Source: Desulfobacterales bacterium
Lineage (GTDB): Bacteria > Desulfobacterota > Desulfobacteria > Desulfobacterales > UBA5616
Assembly (NCBI GenBank): GCA_046483495.1
Contig: JAWODC010000001.1
Location: 64,001 to 128,000 of the forward strand
Reading direction: 5' to 3'
DNA length: 64,000 nt
Part shown: positions 39,401 through 48,081 of the stretch, in pieces
How positions within the stretch are numbered: the stretch's first letter is position 1
How the letters are laid out: the number at the start of each line of letters is the position of its first letter
Program-made: the position numbers and the translations under genes
Notes under the pieces: generated by a model
Databases searched by the model: none
Seen by the model: only the letters and a program-made list of their open reading frames with translations
Told to the model about the DNA's origin: nothing

Positions 39401-39532
39401 CCGCTGGCGGTTGCCGTCGCCTTCGGGCTTGCCGTCGCCATGCTGCTCACCCTGTTCGTCGTGCCCTCCGCCTATTATATCGTCGACTCGATGTCGGCCA
39501 AATTCAGGAGCAAAACCGCCGATACCCTATGA
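36440..39532 (+). CDS. RND efflux permease (AcrB/AcrD/AcrF family)
   Basis: 1030 aa; GLLVDNAVVVIEN, ASTFTTMAVFLP, GIVVNNGIVMID, RIRPILITS. Confidence 0.95.
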   Translation: MSIAQFSVSRRTTVTMFILIITLFGLLSFSNLGLDMLPELEFPFVSVVTGYEGVASEEIETLLTKPIEESVGMVKGIKNITSRSSEGISSVYIEFEWGTDLDVAAQDVRDSLSWVVDYLPDDSDTPMVLKFNSSSMPIMEYGVTGIDDTIRLREYLDKTVKPRLERLDGIAAAFIFGGKEREIQVLADPNKLKATGLSLNDLSLAVQSGNLNVSGGHIQTFQKEYLVRTQGYFESARQIENTVVSITDQNKPVYIKDVAIVHDTFKEKKGFENTNRNPAVLIDVFKQSGFNTLEAVNNVKAELKKMEKDIPSELEFRLTFDQGNFIERSISSTGETALWGGLIALIVVFIFLRAVRPTIAIAIAIPLSVIATFIGMEALDYTFNIMTLGGIALGVGLLVDNAVVVIENTFRHLESGKPRNEAAVIGTHEVGLAITASTFTTMAVFLPLSLSQSIAGKLARPLSLTVCISLLASLLVAVTIIPAIAATIFKQEKTDYGKARRSGWVGAIQKGYTAVLRRVLKLRWPVLFSALAVLVVSVFMTPLLGTEFMPREDVPIGRLNITLPEGSVLEETKHISDQIARMFMSKEEIETCLSFGGITAGAKFQAAMGDRLDAVNNATIFARFKEREDRNRSTDDVLNEIREQLPDLEGVDYNFVDMAGFFFGTGDSPIEINLYGPDLEILDDLSVELMDRLSPIEGLEDIERSLKKRQPEFHVIVDREKASKMGLSVHQIAVTVETAVLGRVISRYHDGGDEYDIRVRLQAPYRKSFENLFGLTIQSPLGFTVPLYQVTSLQQEFGPSAINRKNQDRVVTITGTNFNRDLGGIVGEIQSVLGSLTLPERFSYEIAGTFEDMQTSFEELTKAFIVAVILIYMIMAAQFESLTQPLIVMFTMPLAYSGVVFGLLLTGKTLSVPAFMGLIILMGIVVNNGIVMIDYINRLRKNGMEKFDAIVEGASVRIRPILITSVTTICGVLPMAFSGGDGSAMRSPLAVAVAFGLAVAMLLTLFVVPSAYYIVDSMSAKFRSKTADTL

Positions 39533-39560
39533 AAGGGAATTTGACCGGGAAAATCCTGCG

Positions 39561-39648
39561 GTAAGGGCGGGTTTGAAACCAACCCCATTTAATCATTCCG
39601 TACGGGCGAAATATGTTTCTGTACAGGCGAAAAATTTTTCGCCCCTAC
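39561..39648. repeat. Cluster of GTA(G)-headed REP-like palindromes
   Basis: GTAAGGGCGGGTTTGAAACCAACCCC (39561), GTACGGGCGAAATATGTTTC (39600), GTACAGGCGAAAAATTTTTCGCCCCTAC (39621-39648), between convergent genes. Confidence 0.6.
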
Positions 39649-39693
39649 ACCACGGGGTGCATCCACCGCCTCTGCGGGTTAGGGACATGAACC

Positions 39694-39739
39694 AAAAAAA
39701 AGGGTCTCCTCAACCCGTTGCCCGGTCGAGAAAACCCTT
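39694..39739 (-). terminator. Rho-independent terminator of the 39790-40227 gene
   Basis: Minus strand AAGGGTTTTCTCGACCGG-GCAA-CGGGTTGAGGAGACCCTT followed by a T run. Confidence 0.8.
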
Positions 39740-39789
39740 ATGCGGTTTTCGTCACGAATCTCACACTACATGTAAAGAGCAGCTTTTGT

Positions 39790-40227
39790 TTACTCCACGA
39801 CAAGTGTTCCGGTTGCCGAAACCTCGCCGTCCTTGCTGACAACCTTGTATTCATACCGGCCCGCATCGGTGAACTGAAGGCTTGAGGTGGAGGCAAACGG
39901 CACCCAGCTGGTCACGAAACACCAGCGTTCCTTGTCCAGATCAAAATCCACGTTATAGGCGGTGACACTCTTACAATGCTTGCCGTCGGCGAATTCGATC
40001 TTGACATCCTGTTTCTTGACGCCGCTTAACCACACGACGATCGTATCTTTCTTGATATAAGCGGTTTCAGGATCGATAAAGATGCCCGCCAGTTCATCCT
40101 GGCCCACCCCATGAAGCTTTATTAATTTTGCGTCTTGGGCCACGGCCACGCCATGGGTGCCCAGCACCATCCCAAATGCTATAACCAACGCGAATCCTAC
40201 GAGAAAAAATCTGCCTGACTTCATCAT
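39790..40227 (-). CDS. Secreted protein with a cupredoxin-like beta-sandwich pattern
   Basis: Signal peptide ending AVA-Q; IDPETAYIKKDTIVVW, FTDAGRYEYKV, GTLVVE; GGAGG RBS. Confidence 0.65.
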   Translation of the reverse strand: MMKSGRFFLVGFALVIAFGMVLGTHGVAVAQDAKLIKLHGVGQDELAGIFIDPETAYIKKDTIVVWLSGVKKQDVKIEFADGKHCKSVTAYNVDFDLDKERWCFVTSWVPFASTSSLQFTDAGRYEYKVVSKDGEVSATGTLVVE

Positions 40228-40467
40228 GATTACCTCCTGTGGTTTTCAGGTTTTGTCGACGATGCCGCTACTACACCATTAAAACGCACTCATTCGAAGC
40301 TTCCAAATATTCATATGGAGAAAAGACCGCGTTCATTTCGCGCCAACCGCAGCATCTTTGCTCCAATTCCCTTAATGATAAACCCGAAATTGACGAAGTC
40401 AACAAATTTGAAGTGTTTTTTTCGATTCAGCCTCGGCTTAATACATGATTCTGTGCCGTTTCACATG

Positions 40468-41505
40468 TCATGATTCCGATTTGCCCACCGCTTTTCCATT
40501 GACAATCTGATCCAGATACTCGGACATGCCGTAACCGATTCGGTCGTCGCATCGGTATTCGGTCATTCCCTCGGTGATTCGAGTCAACAACCTTTCTCCA
40601 TCGGGTGACTTCCGCCGGTTGCGGAGGGGGATCAGGGACAAGACACGCCCCTCGACGTCGTATTCCCGTTCATCGGTTTTAGCCCAAACGGTGAAGTCGG
40701 TTTGGTAATCATTTTCGTCCCAGTTTGTCGATAATCGCGCATCGGTGATGTTGATATACGTGTCATTTTTCAGCACCATTCCGCCGACACGCCGGCTTCC
40801 GTCAGCCTGGGTGATAATCGACACCATCATGGCAAAATCTTCTCCGAAATTCATGGGCAACCACCGGTACCAATAAATATTCTGCCAGTATCGCGGCCCC
40901 CACGAGTGGTCCCGCAGTCCCAGTCCATCGATTTCATGCCGCTGATCCCCCACCTGGAAAAATCCCTTGCCGCGGATATGCTGCTCGTAATGTCCACGGG
41001 CAAAGGCTTCCTCCGCTTTTTGTTGGATCGGAGTGCCGTCTTCGTTGACCGGCTCTCCGCCGAACATGGGTGACACGCCTGTATAATCGATCTCCACTCG
41101 GCACGGAACCATGGGGTTTTGCGTGAACGCTTTTTTGGGATCCGCCATGTCAAAGGGGTTTTTCAAAAGGCAGACCTTCCCGTCATAAACCACTTTAAGC
41201 CTTTTAAACGGCTCGATTATCTCGAAGGTCATACCGCCGGCATTGAATGCCTTATTATCCGAGATTTCCGGTCGCGCATACATAAAACCGATACTTTTGT
41301 CGGGCAAATAGATGCAGCACGACATTTCGGCATACCCCTCATTGGGCCGGTTTCCCAGTCGGAACCATCCCCCAAGCGGCTTTTCAGAGGATGGATTAAA
41401 CACATTGAAGTACATGCTTTCGTTAAAATTCACCGACGCTTCAAGCGGGTGCATATATTCATCCTCGGGTTCCAATCGAATTTTTACGGCTTTACCAGAA
41501 GCCAT
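40468..41505 (-). CDS. Conserved hypothetical protein (NESMYF...RDHSWGPR family, possibly tocopherol-cyclase/CrtC-like beta fold)
   Basis: 345 aa ORF with AGGAGG RBS; FNESMYF, HYEQ, GLRDHSWGPRYW, GYGMSEY. Confidence 0.7.
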   Translation of the reverse strand: MASGKAVKIRLEPEDEYMHPLEASVNFNESMYFNVFNPSSEKPLGGWFRLGNRPNEGYAEMSCCIYLPDKSIGFMYARPEISDNKAFNAGGMTFEIIEPFKRLKVVYDGKVCLLKNPFDMADPKKAFTQNPMVPCRVEIDYTGVSPMFGGEPVNEDGTPIQQKAEEAFARGHYEQHIRGKGFFQVGDQRHEIDGLGLRDHSWGPRYWQNIYWYRWLPMNFGEDFAMMVSIITQADGSRRVGGMVLKNDTYINITDARLSTNWDENDYQTDFTVWAKTDEREYDVEGRVLSLIPLRNRRKSPDGERLLTRITEGMTEYRCDDRIGYGMSEYLDQIVNGKAVGKSES

Positions 41506-41527
41506 GTTTCACCTCCTAAAGATGTGT

Positions 41528-42220
41528 CTACGCCGCCTCCGGACAGATCACCACCGATTCGATAAACCGGGTGACAAAATCCGCGTAGGCGTCAACCGAT
41601 ACATTTCTTCCGCGATATTTCCAGCGCTTCAAATACCAATCCTGAAGAACGGCCTTGATCAGGCTTGCCGTCAATACCGCATCATTTTCCAGAAACACGT
41701 TCTTGTGTTGTCCCTCGATAAGAATGTCGGAAAATATTTTTTCACTCGAAAGCTCCGATGCCATCGCCTTTTCCTGCTTGACGCGGGACATGTTTTTCGT
41801 TTCCATATAGGCAAAATAAAACCAGGGCTGCATGGATTCGCTTAAGTAAAGATGCAGCTTTATAGCGGTAACCAGTTTGCTTTTCGGATCCATATCCGAT
41901 TCCAATTCGGCTTCGAATATCCTTGCCATGATATTGCTGTGCTGGCGCTGGAGCATTTCGATCAATTCTTCTTTGCTTGAAAAGTAGGCATACAGGGCCC
42001 CCATACTCAAACCGCTTTCCCGGCTCAAATTGCGCATGCTCATCGCCTGGAAACCTTTTTTATTGCTGATCTTCAACGTCGCCTCAAAGATTTTTTCCAG
42101 GTTCTTTACAATCGTGTTTTCTTTCTTGACCCGAATGCGCTCGCGATTCTGTTCAAGAATTTCGAGGTACAGGTCGTCTTTGTAGCATGTGAATATTTTT
42201 CTGAATTCGGTGTAGTCCAT
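41528..42220 (-). CDS. TetR/AcrR family regulator
   Basis: KGFQAMSMRNLSRESGLSMGALYAYFSSKEEL HTH. Confidence 0.9.
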   Translation of the reverse strand: MDYTEFRKIFTCYKDDLYLEILEQNRERIRVKKENTIVKNLEKIFEATLKISNKKGFQAMSMRNLSRESGLSMGALYAYFSSKEELIEMLQRQHSNIMARIFEAELESDMDPKSKLVTAIKLHLYLSESMQPWFYFAYMETKNMSRVKQEKAMASELSSEKIFSDILIEGQHKNVFLENDAVLTASLIKAVLQDWYLKRWKYRGRNVSVDAYADFVTRFIESVVICPEAA

Positions 42221-42383
42221 AGTGTTCCAGTCGGCGGCCGTTCTCGCAGGGCCCGGCCCACCTCACAGGCTTTATCGATGTGATCACCTTTCAAACATTC
42301 CGGATGGACACCGATCGATGCCCATACGGAATTGGGGTCGATTGCGGTATTTGCTCTTTACATACATAAAAGCCGGTTACCGC

Positions 42384-43574
42384 TTACCGGTAGTTCCTCA
42401 AAATCCTTCGTGCAACTGCGGCCTTATGCGCCTCATCGGGACCGTCATAAATTCGTGAGGCCCGCTCATGCCGATACCAGTGCGAGAGAATCGTATCATC
42501 CGTCACTCCTAAAGCCCCATGAACCTGTATGGCCCGATCCACCACTTTCATCATCATGTTGGCCACATAGTACTTGATGAAAGCGATTTCCTTCCGTGCG
42601 TCCTTTACACCGACATTTTGGATCATCCATGCTGCATGGAGCACCATCAGCTTTGCCGCATGCACGTCGGCGGCGCATTCGGCGATCCACCCCTGGATAA
42701 TCTGCTTGTCGGCAAGCACCTGTCCGGGAGCTATAGTACGTTCAACCGCACGTCTGCACATCATGTCCAAGGCGCGGCCGGAAATACCGATCCATCGCAT
42801 GCAATGATGGATTCGACCCGGACCCAACCGCTTCTGGGCCAGAATGAATCCGTGTCCTTCCGGCCCCAACAGATTTGCCTGAGGAACCCTGCAATTCTGG
42901 TAAAGGATTTCCGCATGAGTGCCGTATCCCCGGCCCACATGGCCCATGACCGAAACATTTCTCACGAGGTTAAATCCAGGGGTGTCCGTTGGAACGATGA
43001 TCATGCTTGCACATTTATGGGGCTCCGCATCGGGATTGGTTACCGCCATCACAATGGCGAATGCCGAACCGTCAGCCGCCGAAGTAAACCACTTGTGGCC
43101 GTTGATGACATAATCGTCGCCGTCCTTTACCGCGGTGGTGTCCATCATGACGGGGTTGGATCCGGGCAGATCCACTTCCGTCATTGAAAAACAGCTGCGG
43201 ATTTCCCCTGCTACCAGGGGAACCAGCCACTTTTCCTTCTGCTCCGGGGTGGCGAATTCATGAAGAATTTCGATATTGCCGGCATCCGGGGCCTGGCAGC
43301 CGAAGACATACAATCCAAGCGGCGTTTTGGCGATAATTTCGAATACCAGCGCGCTTTCCATCAGTTCGAGCCCCATGCCGCCGACATCCTTGGGATGGAG
43401 CGGCGCCCATAATTCCATGTCCTTCACCATTTGCTGCTTTTGCTTCAGGACCTCCTCCAAACTCTCCGTACCATCTTTGAGGTACTGAGGCTCCAAGGGA
43501 ATCAGTTCCTTTTGAACGAATTCCTCCATCATGTCCAGCATGGTTTGTGTCTTTTCCGATATTTTAAAATCCAT
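42384..43574 (-). CDS. Acyl-CoA dehydrogenase (ACAD10/11-like subfamily)
   Basis: FGCQAPDAGNIE, CFSMTE..GSNP, RLGPGRIHHCMR, QVHGALG, IYDGPDE. Confidence 0.93.
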   Translation of the reverse strand: MDFKISEKTQTMLDMMEEFVQKELIPLEPQYLKDGTESLEEVLKQKQQMVKDMELWAPLHPKDVGGMGLELMESALVFEIIAKTPLGLYVFGCQAPDAGNIEILHEFATPEQKEKWLVPLVAGEIRSCFSMTEVDLPGSNPVMMDTTAVKDGDDYVINGHKWFTSAADGSAFAIVMAVTNPDAEPHKCASMIIVPTDTPGFNLVRNVSVMGHVGRGYGTHAEILYQNCRVPQANLLGPEGHGFILAQKRLGPGRIHHCMRWIGISGRALDMMCRRAVERTIAPGQVLADKQIIQGWIAECAADVHAAKLMVLHAAWMIQNVGVKDARKEIAFIKYYVANMMMKVVDRAIQVHGALGVTDDTILSHWYRHERASRIYDGPDEAHKAAVARRILRNYR

Positions 43575-43618
43575 AAAACCCCCTTTTTACACGTTGCGTC
43601 CAGATAGCTGGACATGTG

Positions 43619-44326
43619 TTAAACCCATGTCAACAGCGTATGATCATGGGTTTGCCTTAAATGCACTACCGAATTTTCCAGTTTCATTTCCAACGTATTC
43701 CCATTGACGTGACAGACGGTGATGGAAGCATTGTAAGACTGCAGCGCCCATTGAACGGCGGCCTCATCCGTCAGTCCGTAAATGTGCTGCATGATGACCG
43801 CCAAAACCCCGCCTGAAGTGACCACGGCCGTTTTTTTGAATGTACGGCTTTCGTCGACGATTTTCCTGACCGTCGACAGTACCCGGGATCGAAATGGGCA
43901 AAACGTTTCAAACGCCTCACCGCCGCCGGTCTGTCGGGTGATCGCCAAAAGCGATTTCGCCAATAGGCTTTGAAACAGTTCCGGACGTGCGGCAAGCGAT
44001 TTCAGCTCACCGGCAAATTCAGGAACGCACCGGATGACGGCTTCCTTGTGTGTGTTCAAAAATCGGATCATATCGAACTCATCCAATCCGGAGTTCTTTG
44101 AATACGGCGTCTGAATGTCATCCGCATCGAACCGGTTCAGCATGATATCCACCGTTTCGACCTGCCGCCGGTTGGTTCCGCTGTAGATTTTGGCAAAGTA
44201 GGCCTCCATGTCGATAAGGTATTCGGCCAGAACATTCACCTGCCGTATGCCCAATTCGGAAAGCCTGTCGTAATCCGGAGTGCCGAAGGAGGCTTGCCCA
44301 TGCCGTATAAAGTAAATGTCCGTCAT
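43619..44326 (-). CDS. Histidine phosphatase family protein
   Basis: IYFIRHGQASFG..YDRLS.LG, VTSGG, NASIT; start refined to 44326. Confidence 0.85.
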   Translation of the reverse strand: MTDIYFIRHGQASFGTPDYDRLSELGIRQVNVLAEYLIDMEAYFAKIYSGTNRRQVETVDIMLNRFDADDIQTPYSKNSGLDEFDMIRFLNTHKEAVIRCVPEFAGELKSLAARPELFQSLLAKSLLAITRQTGGGEAFETFCPFRSRVLSTVRKIVDESRTFKKTAVVTSGGVLAVIMQHIYGLTDEAAVQWALQSYNASITVCHVNGNTLEMKLENSVVHLRQTHDHTLLTWV

Positions 44327-44402
44327 TAAAAAAACAGTGAATGAGAAGCCCTGGATGAAGGTGAACGTGAATATGTGCGAATAGACACGAAAGACTAATA
44401 CT

Positions 44403-44488
44403 TTTTTACAGTCATTCAGTATCCTTGTCAATAGAAATAGAACGATCGCTCGTTTTTTCTTGACAACGCGACATCACTGAACTAGGAT
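44403..44488. promoter_or_regulatory. Back-to-back sigma70 promoters with an intervening palindrome AACGATCGCTCGTT (44441-44454)
   Basis: Plus strand TTGACA (44460)-17 bp-TAGGAT for the etf genes; minus strand TTGACA (44431-44426)-17 bp-TAAAAA for the phosphatase/ACAD/TetR genes. Confidence 0.6.
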
Positions 44489-44568
44489 GTTTGCATGATT
44501 GTAAATTCGGTGCACCCCTTGCATTCAAACCTTCATCCAAAAACATTTTGCCGGGCTTACGGGAAACG

Positions 44569-45345
44569 ATGAACATTTTGGTTTGCGTCAAACAGGTTAT
44601 CAATCTCGAATCGGACATTCGAATCGATTCGAACGGCACATGGATTCAAATGGGACCGGCGACGGATTTTGCCTTTAACCGCTTCGATGAATTTGCCGTC
44701 GAAGAGGCCATAGAGATCAAGGAAGCGTTTCCCGGAACCACCATAGATATTCTGTCTGTCGGACCCGAGCGCGCAGCAACGGTTATTAAACGGCTTCAAG
44801 GCATGGGAGCGGATCACGGCATCCATATCCTCACCGGGCAAGAGGGGTATATCAGTCCCTTTGTCATCGCCGGTTGGATTGCTCAGGTATGCCGGAAAAA
44901 AGAATATGACCTGATTCTTGCCGGCGTCATGTCCGAAGATGAAATGCAAGGCCAGGTCGGACCGACGATTGCCGCCATTTTGGACCGACCGTGCGCCACC
45001 TCCGTGGTTCATCAGTCCATTTCTTCCGACGTGGCGTGTGTCGCTGTTGAACGGGAGATTGAAAACGGCTTAAAAGATACGCTCGAACTGACCCTTCCGG
45101 CCGTTTTGACCATTCAATCCGGAATAAACGAACCCCGCTATCCTACACTGACGCACATGCTCCGCGCAAAAAAAGAAAAAATCGAGGTAATTGACGCAGA
45201 GAGTCTGGAATCCGTGGAAACCAGGCAACGAGTCAAGGAACTTGCGTATCCAAAAAAATTGAGATCCGGAACGGTGCTCAAGGGGGACCCCAAAGAAAAA
45301 GCCGTGAAGCTCGTTTCGATTCTTCATCAACGATCCATTATCTAA
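44569..45345 (+). CDS. etfB: Electron transfer flavoprotein beta subunit
   Basis: MNILVCVKQV, NRFDEFAVEEA, MGADHG, NEPRYP. Confidence 0.93.
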   Translation: MNILVCVKQVINLESDIRIDSNGTWIQMGPATDFAFNRFDEFAVEEAIEIKEAFPGTTIDILSVGPERAATVIKRLQGMGADHGIHILTGQEGYISPFVIAGWIAQVCRKKEYDLILAGVMSEDEMQGQVGPTIAAILDRPCATSVVHQSISSDVACVAVEREIENGLKDTLELTLPAVLTIQSGINEPRYPTLTHMLRAKKEKIEVIDAESLESVETRQRVKELAYPKKLRSGTVLKGDPKEKAVKLVSILHQRSII

Positions 45346-45359
45346 AACGTGATGCTTCC

Positions 45360-46352
45360 ATGATAAACAATGTCATATATGTATTAGCCGAACACATCGA
45401 GGGTGGAATCCGGCCGGTGACCTATGAAATCATCGCCTTCGCCAAAGCGCTTCAAGCCGGCATAGACGCCGACGTTACCGTCCTCCTTTTGGGAAACGGC
45501 ATAGACGGAATGGCTGCTGAAATCGCTGAAAATACGGGCATCGATGTACAGGGGTTTCAGCACGAATCACTTGCCGGGTATAATCAGGAATTGTATGCCT
45601 CGGTCCTCGCTTCGTTTTTCGCTGACAACCCGTTTGTCTATGTTTGCATGCCGCATTCCACACAAGGCATGGATCTAGCACCTGTTCTGGCCGTAAAAAC
45701 CGGGGCCGCCTGCATTACCGGTGTGGAAGGCATGGAGTTCTCAACCGGTGCAATGGGCTTTTACCGGTCGGTTTTCAACGGCAAGGCCTCGGCTTTCATG
45801 GTCGCCGAAACGACATCCACCGTCTTAACCGTTCAGGGCGGCATCGCAAAACCGGCTGTTCGACAATCGGAAGCGTCGGGAAACGTACACATCTCAACTG
45901 TTCACATTCCACCGCATCAAACCCGATCCACCGGAATTGTGAGGGCTCGAACGGACAGCCGATCGATTGCCGAGGCCGATATCATCATTTCAGCCGGCAG
46001 GGGCATCGGAAAACAGGAAAACCTGGATCTCGTTCGAATGCTGGCCGAACAGTTCTCGAAATCGGCGGTCGGGGGTTCACGCCCTCTTTGCGACCTCGGT
46101 TGGCTGGAATACCAGTGCCAGATCGGCATTACCGGACAAAGCGTTTCTCCGGAGCTTTATGTCGCCTGCGGTATATCCGGAGCAGTTCAGCACTTGTCCG
46201 GAATTCGTGGTGCGGGATTCATCGTCGCCATCAATACGGACCCAAAGGCGGCAATTTTCAATATGGCGGATGTCTGTATCGTGGAAGATGCAACCTCATT
46301 CATTCCCGTTCTCATCGAAGCACTGAAAAGCAGCGCCGCATTATCCGGATAA
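45360..46352 (+). CDS. etfA: Electron transfer flavoprotein alpha subunit
   Basis: ADIIISAGRG, VGGSRP, QIGITG, GISGAVQH, AINTDP.A.IF. Confidence 0.93.
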   Translation: MINNVIYVLAEHIEGGIRPVTYEIIAFAKALQAGIDADVTVLLLGNGIDGMAAEIAENTGIDVQGFQHESLAGYNQELYASVLASFFADNPFVYVCMPHSTQGMDLAPVLAVKTGAACITGVEGMEFSTGAMGFYRSVFNGKASAFMVAETTSTVLTVQGGIAKPAVRQSEASGNVHISTVHIPPHQTRSTGIVRARTDSRSIAEADIIISAGRGIGKQENLDLVRMLAEQFSKSAVGGSRPLCDLGWLEYQCQIGITGQSVSPELYVACGISGAVQHLSGIRGAGFIVAINTDPKAAIFNMADVCIVEDATSFIPVLIEALKSSAALSG

Positions 46353-46356
46353 ATGA

Positions 46357-47133
46357 TCAAGAAACCGCTTCCCGGGCATTCAATGCCGCTCCCAGGGCAT
46401 TGATGATCTGGGGATGTTCGGGCCTGACCAGTTCAATCCCCAAAACACGTTCGGTCCGTTTCACCAGCCCGATATCGAGTGCGCCTCCCCCCACCATGGC
46501 GCATGGGGGCTGAAGCGTTACCCGGTCCGTCAACGTGGAGAGCTTTCTCGCCAAAGCCTCATGGACACCGGCTAAAATATCTTCTTTCGAGGTGCCTTCC
46601 GCAACCCTCGATATGGCCTCGGACTCGCCGAAAACGGCGCAGCTCGTGGTAAAACTCACCGGGTTTTCGGAATCCAGGGATAAGCGTCCCGCATCCTCGA
46701 GCCGAATCTGGAGAACCCGTGCAATCACTTGCAGGAACCGTCCGCTGCCGGCGGCGCACTTTTCACTCACCACGAAGTTGATAATTTTTCCTTTATCATT
46801 GATCCGAAGAACCTTGCTCGCCTGTCCACCCACTTCAATGATGGTCCTGACACCATTGAACAGGTGATGAACACCGGCGGCGCAGCAGGTCAGGTCACCC
46901 AATCGTTGATGGGCGAACCCGGCCCGGGAAGCACCCGAGCCGGTCGCCGTTATGGATGTGATATCACCGGCCGATAAACCGCAGGCTGTCAGAATTTCGG
47001 AAAATATCGAATCGGCCGCCTCCTTGAAATTCGACCCGGATGAAATTTTTTTAAAAGCCGCCAATTCCCCATCTTTCAGGAGAACCATTTTTGTCGATAC
47101 GGAACCCACATCGATGCCGCCATACCACGTCAT
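46357..47133 (-). CDS. CoA-substrate-specific enzyme activase (ASKHA ATPase, HgdC/BcrD/BzdP-like)
   Basis: GIDVGSVSTK, EVGGQASK, KCAAGSGRF, CAVFGESE, ALGAAL; GGAGG RBS. Confidence 0.88.
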   Translation of the reverse strand: MTWYGGIDVGSVSTKMVLLKDGELAAFKKISSGSNFKEAADSIFSEILTACGLSAGDITSITATGSGASRAGFAHQRLGDLTCCAAGVHHLFNGVRTIIEVGGQASKVLRINDKGKIINFVVSEKCAAGSGRFLQVIARVLQIRLEDAGRLSLDSENPVSFTTSCAVFGESEAISRVAEGTSKEDILAGVHEALARKLSTLTDRVTLQPPCAMVGGGALDIGLVKRTERVLGIELVRPEHPQIINALGAALNAREAVS

Positions 47134-47154
47134 AAAACCTCCGAAATACAATGG

Positions 47155-48006
47155 CTACCGCTGGTCGAAAAAACTGGCGGTCTTCAGAATTCTTTCTTTC
47201 TTCTCAAGGTTTTTACCTTTTTTCAATGCCGCAAAGTACCGTTCCCTGCCAAGCAAAGCCGCCCCTAAAGCACCTGTAATCAAGGGTTCTTCGCAAACGA
47301 ACACCGGTTTTCCGAGATGATTTTCCAGAGCTTTGATCATTCCCTTGTTTTTGGCTACCCCGCCGGTGAACACCACGTCTCCTTCGATTTTGAGCTTGGA
47401 TGCCATTCGAAAAGCGCGCCCGGCAATGGCATCATGCAGTCCTGCGACGATGTCCTCCACCGGCACACCGTCGGAAAGATGAGAAATCACCTCCTGTTCG
47501 GCGAAAATCGTGCAGATGCTGCTGATTTTCACCTGGTTTTCGGCGCGAAGGGACAAATCTCCCATGTCTTCCAGGTTGACCCCTAACGTCTCGGCAATCA
47601 CTTCCAGAAAGCGTCCGGTGCCGGCGGCGCATTTATCATTCATGACGAAATCCGCCACCTTTCCATTCACGATTTTTATCCCTTTGGCATCCTGACCGCC
47701 GATGTCGATCACCGTGCCCACCGTCGGAAAAAGGTGAAAGACGCCGCGGGCATGACAAGAAATTTCGGTTATCTGTTTATCGGCAAACGGTACGTTGATT
47801 CTGCCGTATCCCGTGGCAACCACAAAAGAAACCCTTTCAAAGTCGATCCCGGCCTGATCCAGGGCCTCTTCCATCACGATATTGGCCAGATGTCGGTGTT
47901 CGGGTCCTGTAGGGCCGATAACCTGTGCTCGTATGTCATTGTTCAGAATAATGGCCTTGGTCATCGTAGAGCCGATATCGATGCCTGCAAAATACAAATC
48001 CTCCAA
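47155..48006 (-). CDS. CoA-substrate-specific enzyme activase (ASKHA ATPase, HgdC/BcrA/BzdQ-like)
   Basis: GIDIGSTMTK, ATGYGR, TEISCHARG, DIGGQD, MNDKCAAGTG, CTIFAE, TGGVAKN. Confidence 0.92.
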   Translation of the reverse strand: MEDLYFAGIDIGSTMTKAIILNNDIRAQVIGPTGPEHRHLANIVMEEALDQAGIDFERVSFVVATGYGRINVPFADKQITEISCHARGVFHLFPTVGTVIDIGGQDAKGIKIVNGKVADFVMNDKCAAGTGRFLEVIAETLGVNLEDMGDLSLRAENQVKISSICTIFAEQEVISHLSDGVPVEDIVAGLHDAIAGRAFRMASKLKIEGDVVFTGGVAKNKGMIKALENHLGKPVFVCEEPLITGALGAALLGRERYFAALKKGKNLEKKERILKTASFFDQR

Positions 48007-48081
48007 AGGACTACCCCCTGCTCCGATATATATTTGCCCGCTTCAGCGGCGGAACCAACATGCCGTCTGCCTGTCTTGCCC

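Noticed and set aside
35311..39532. RND pair lacking an outer-membrane channel gene
   Set aside because: A common arrangement, since TolC-type channels are often encoded elsewhere.
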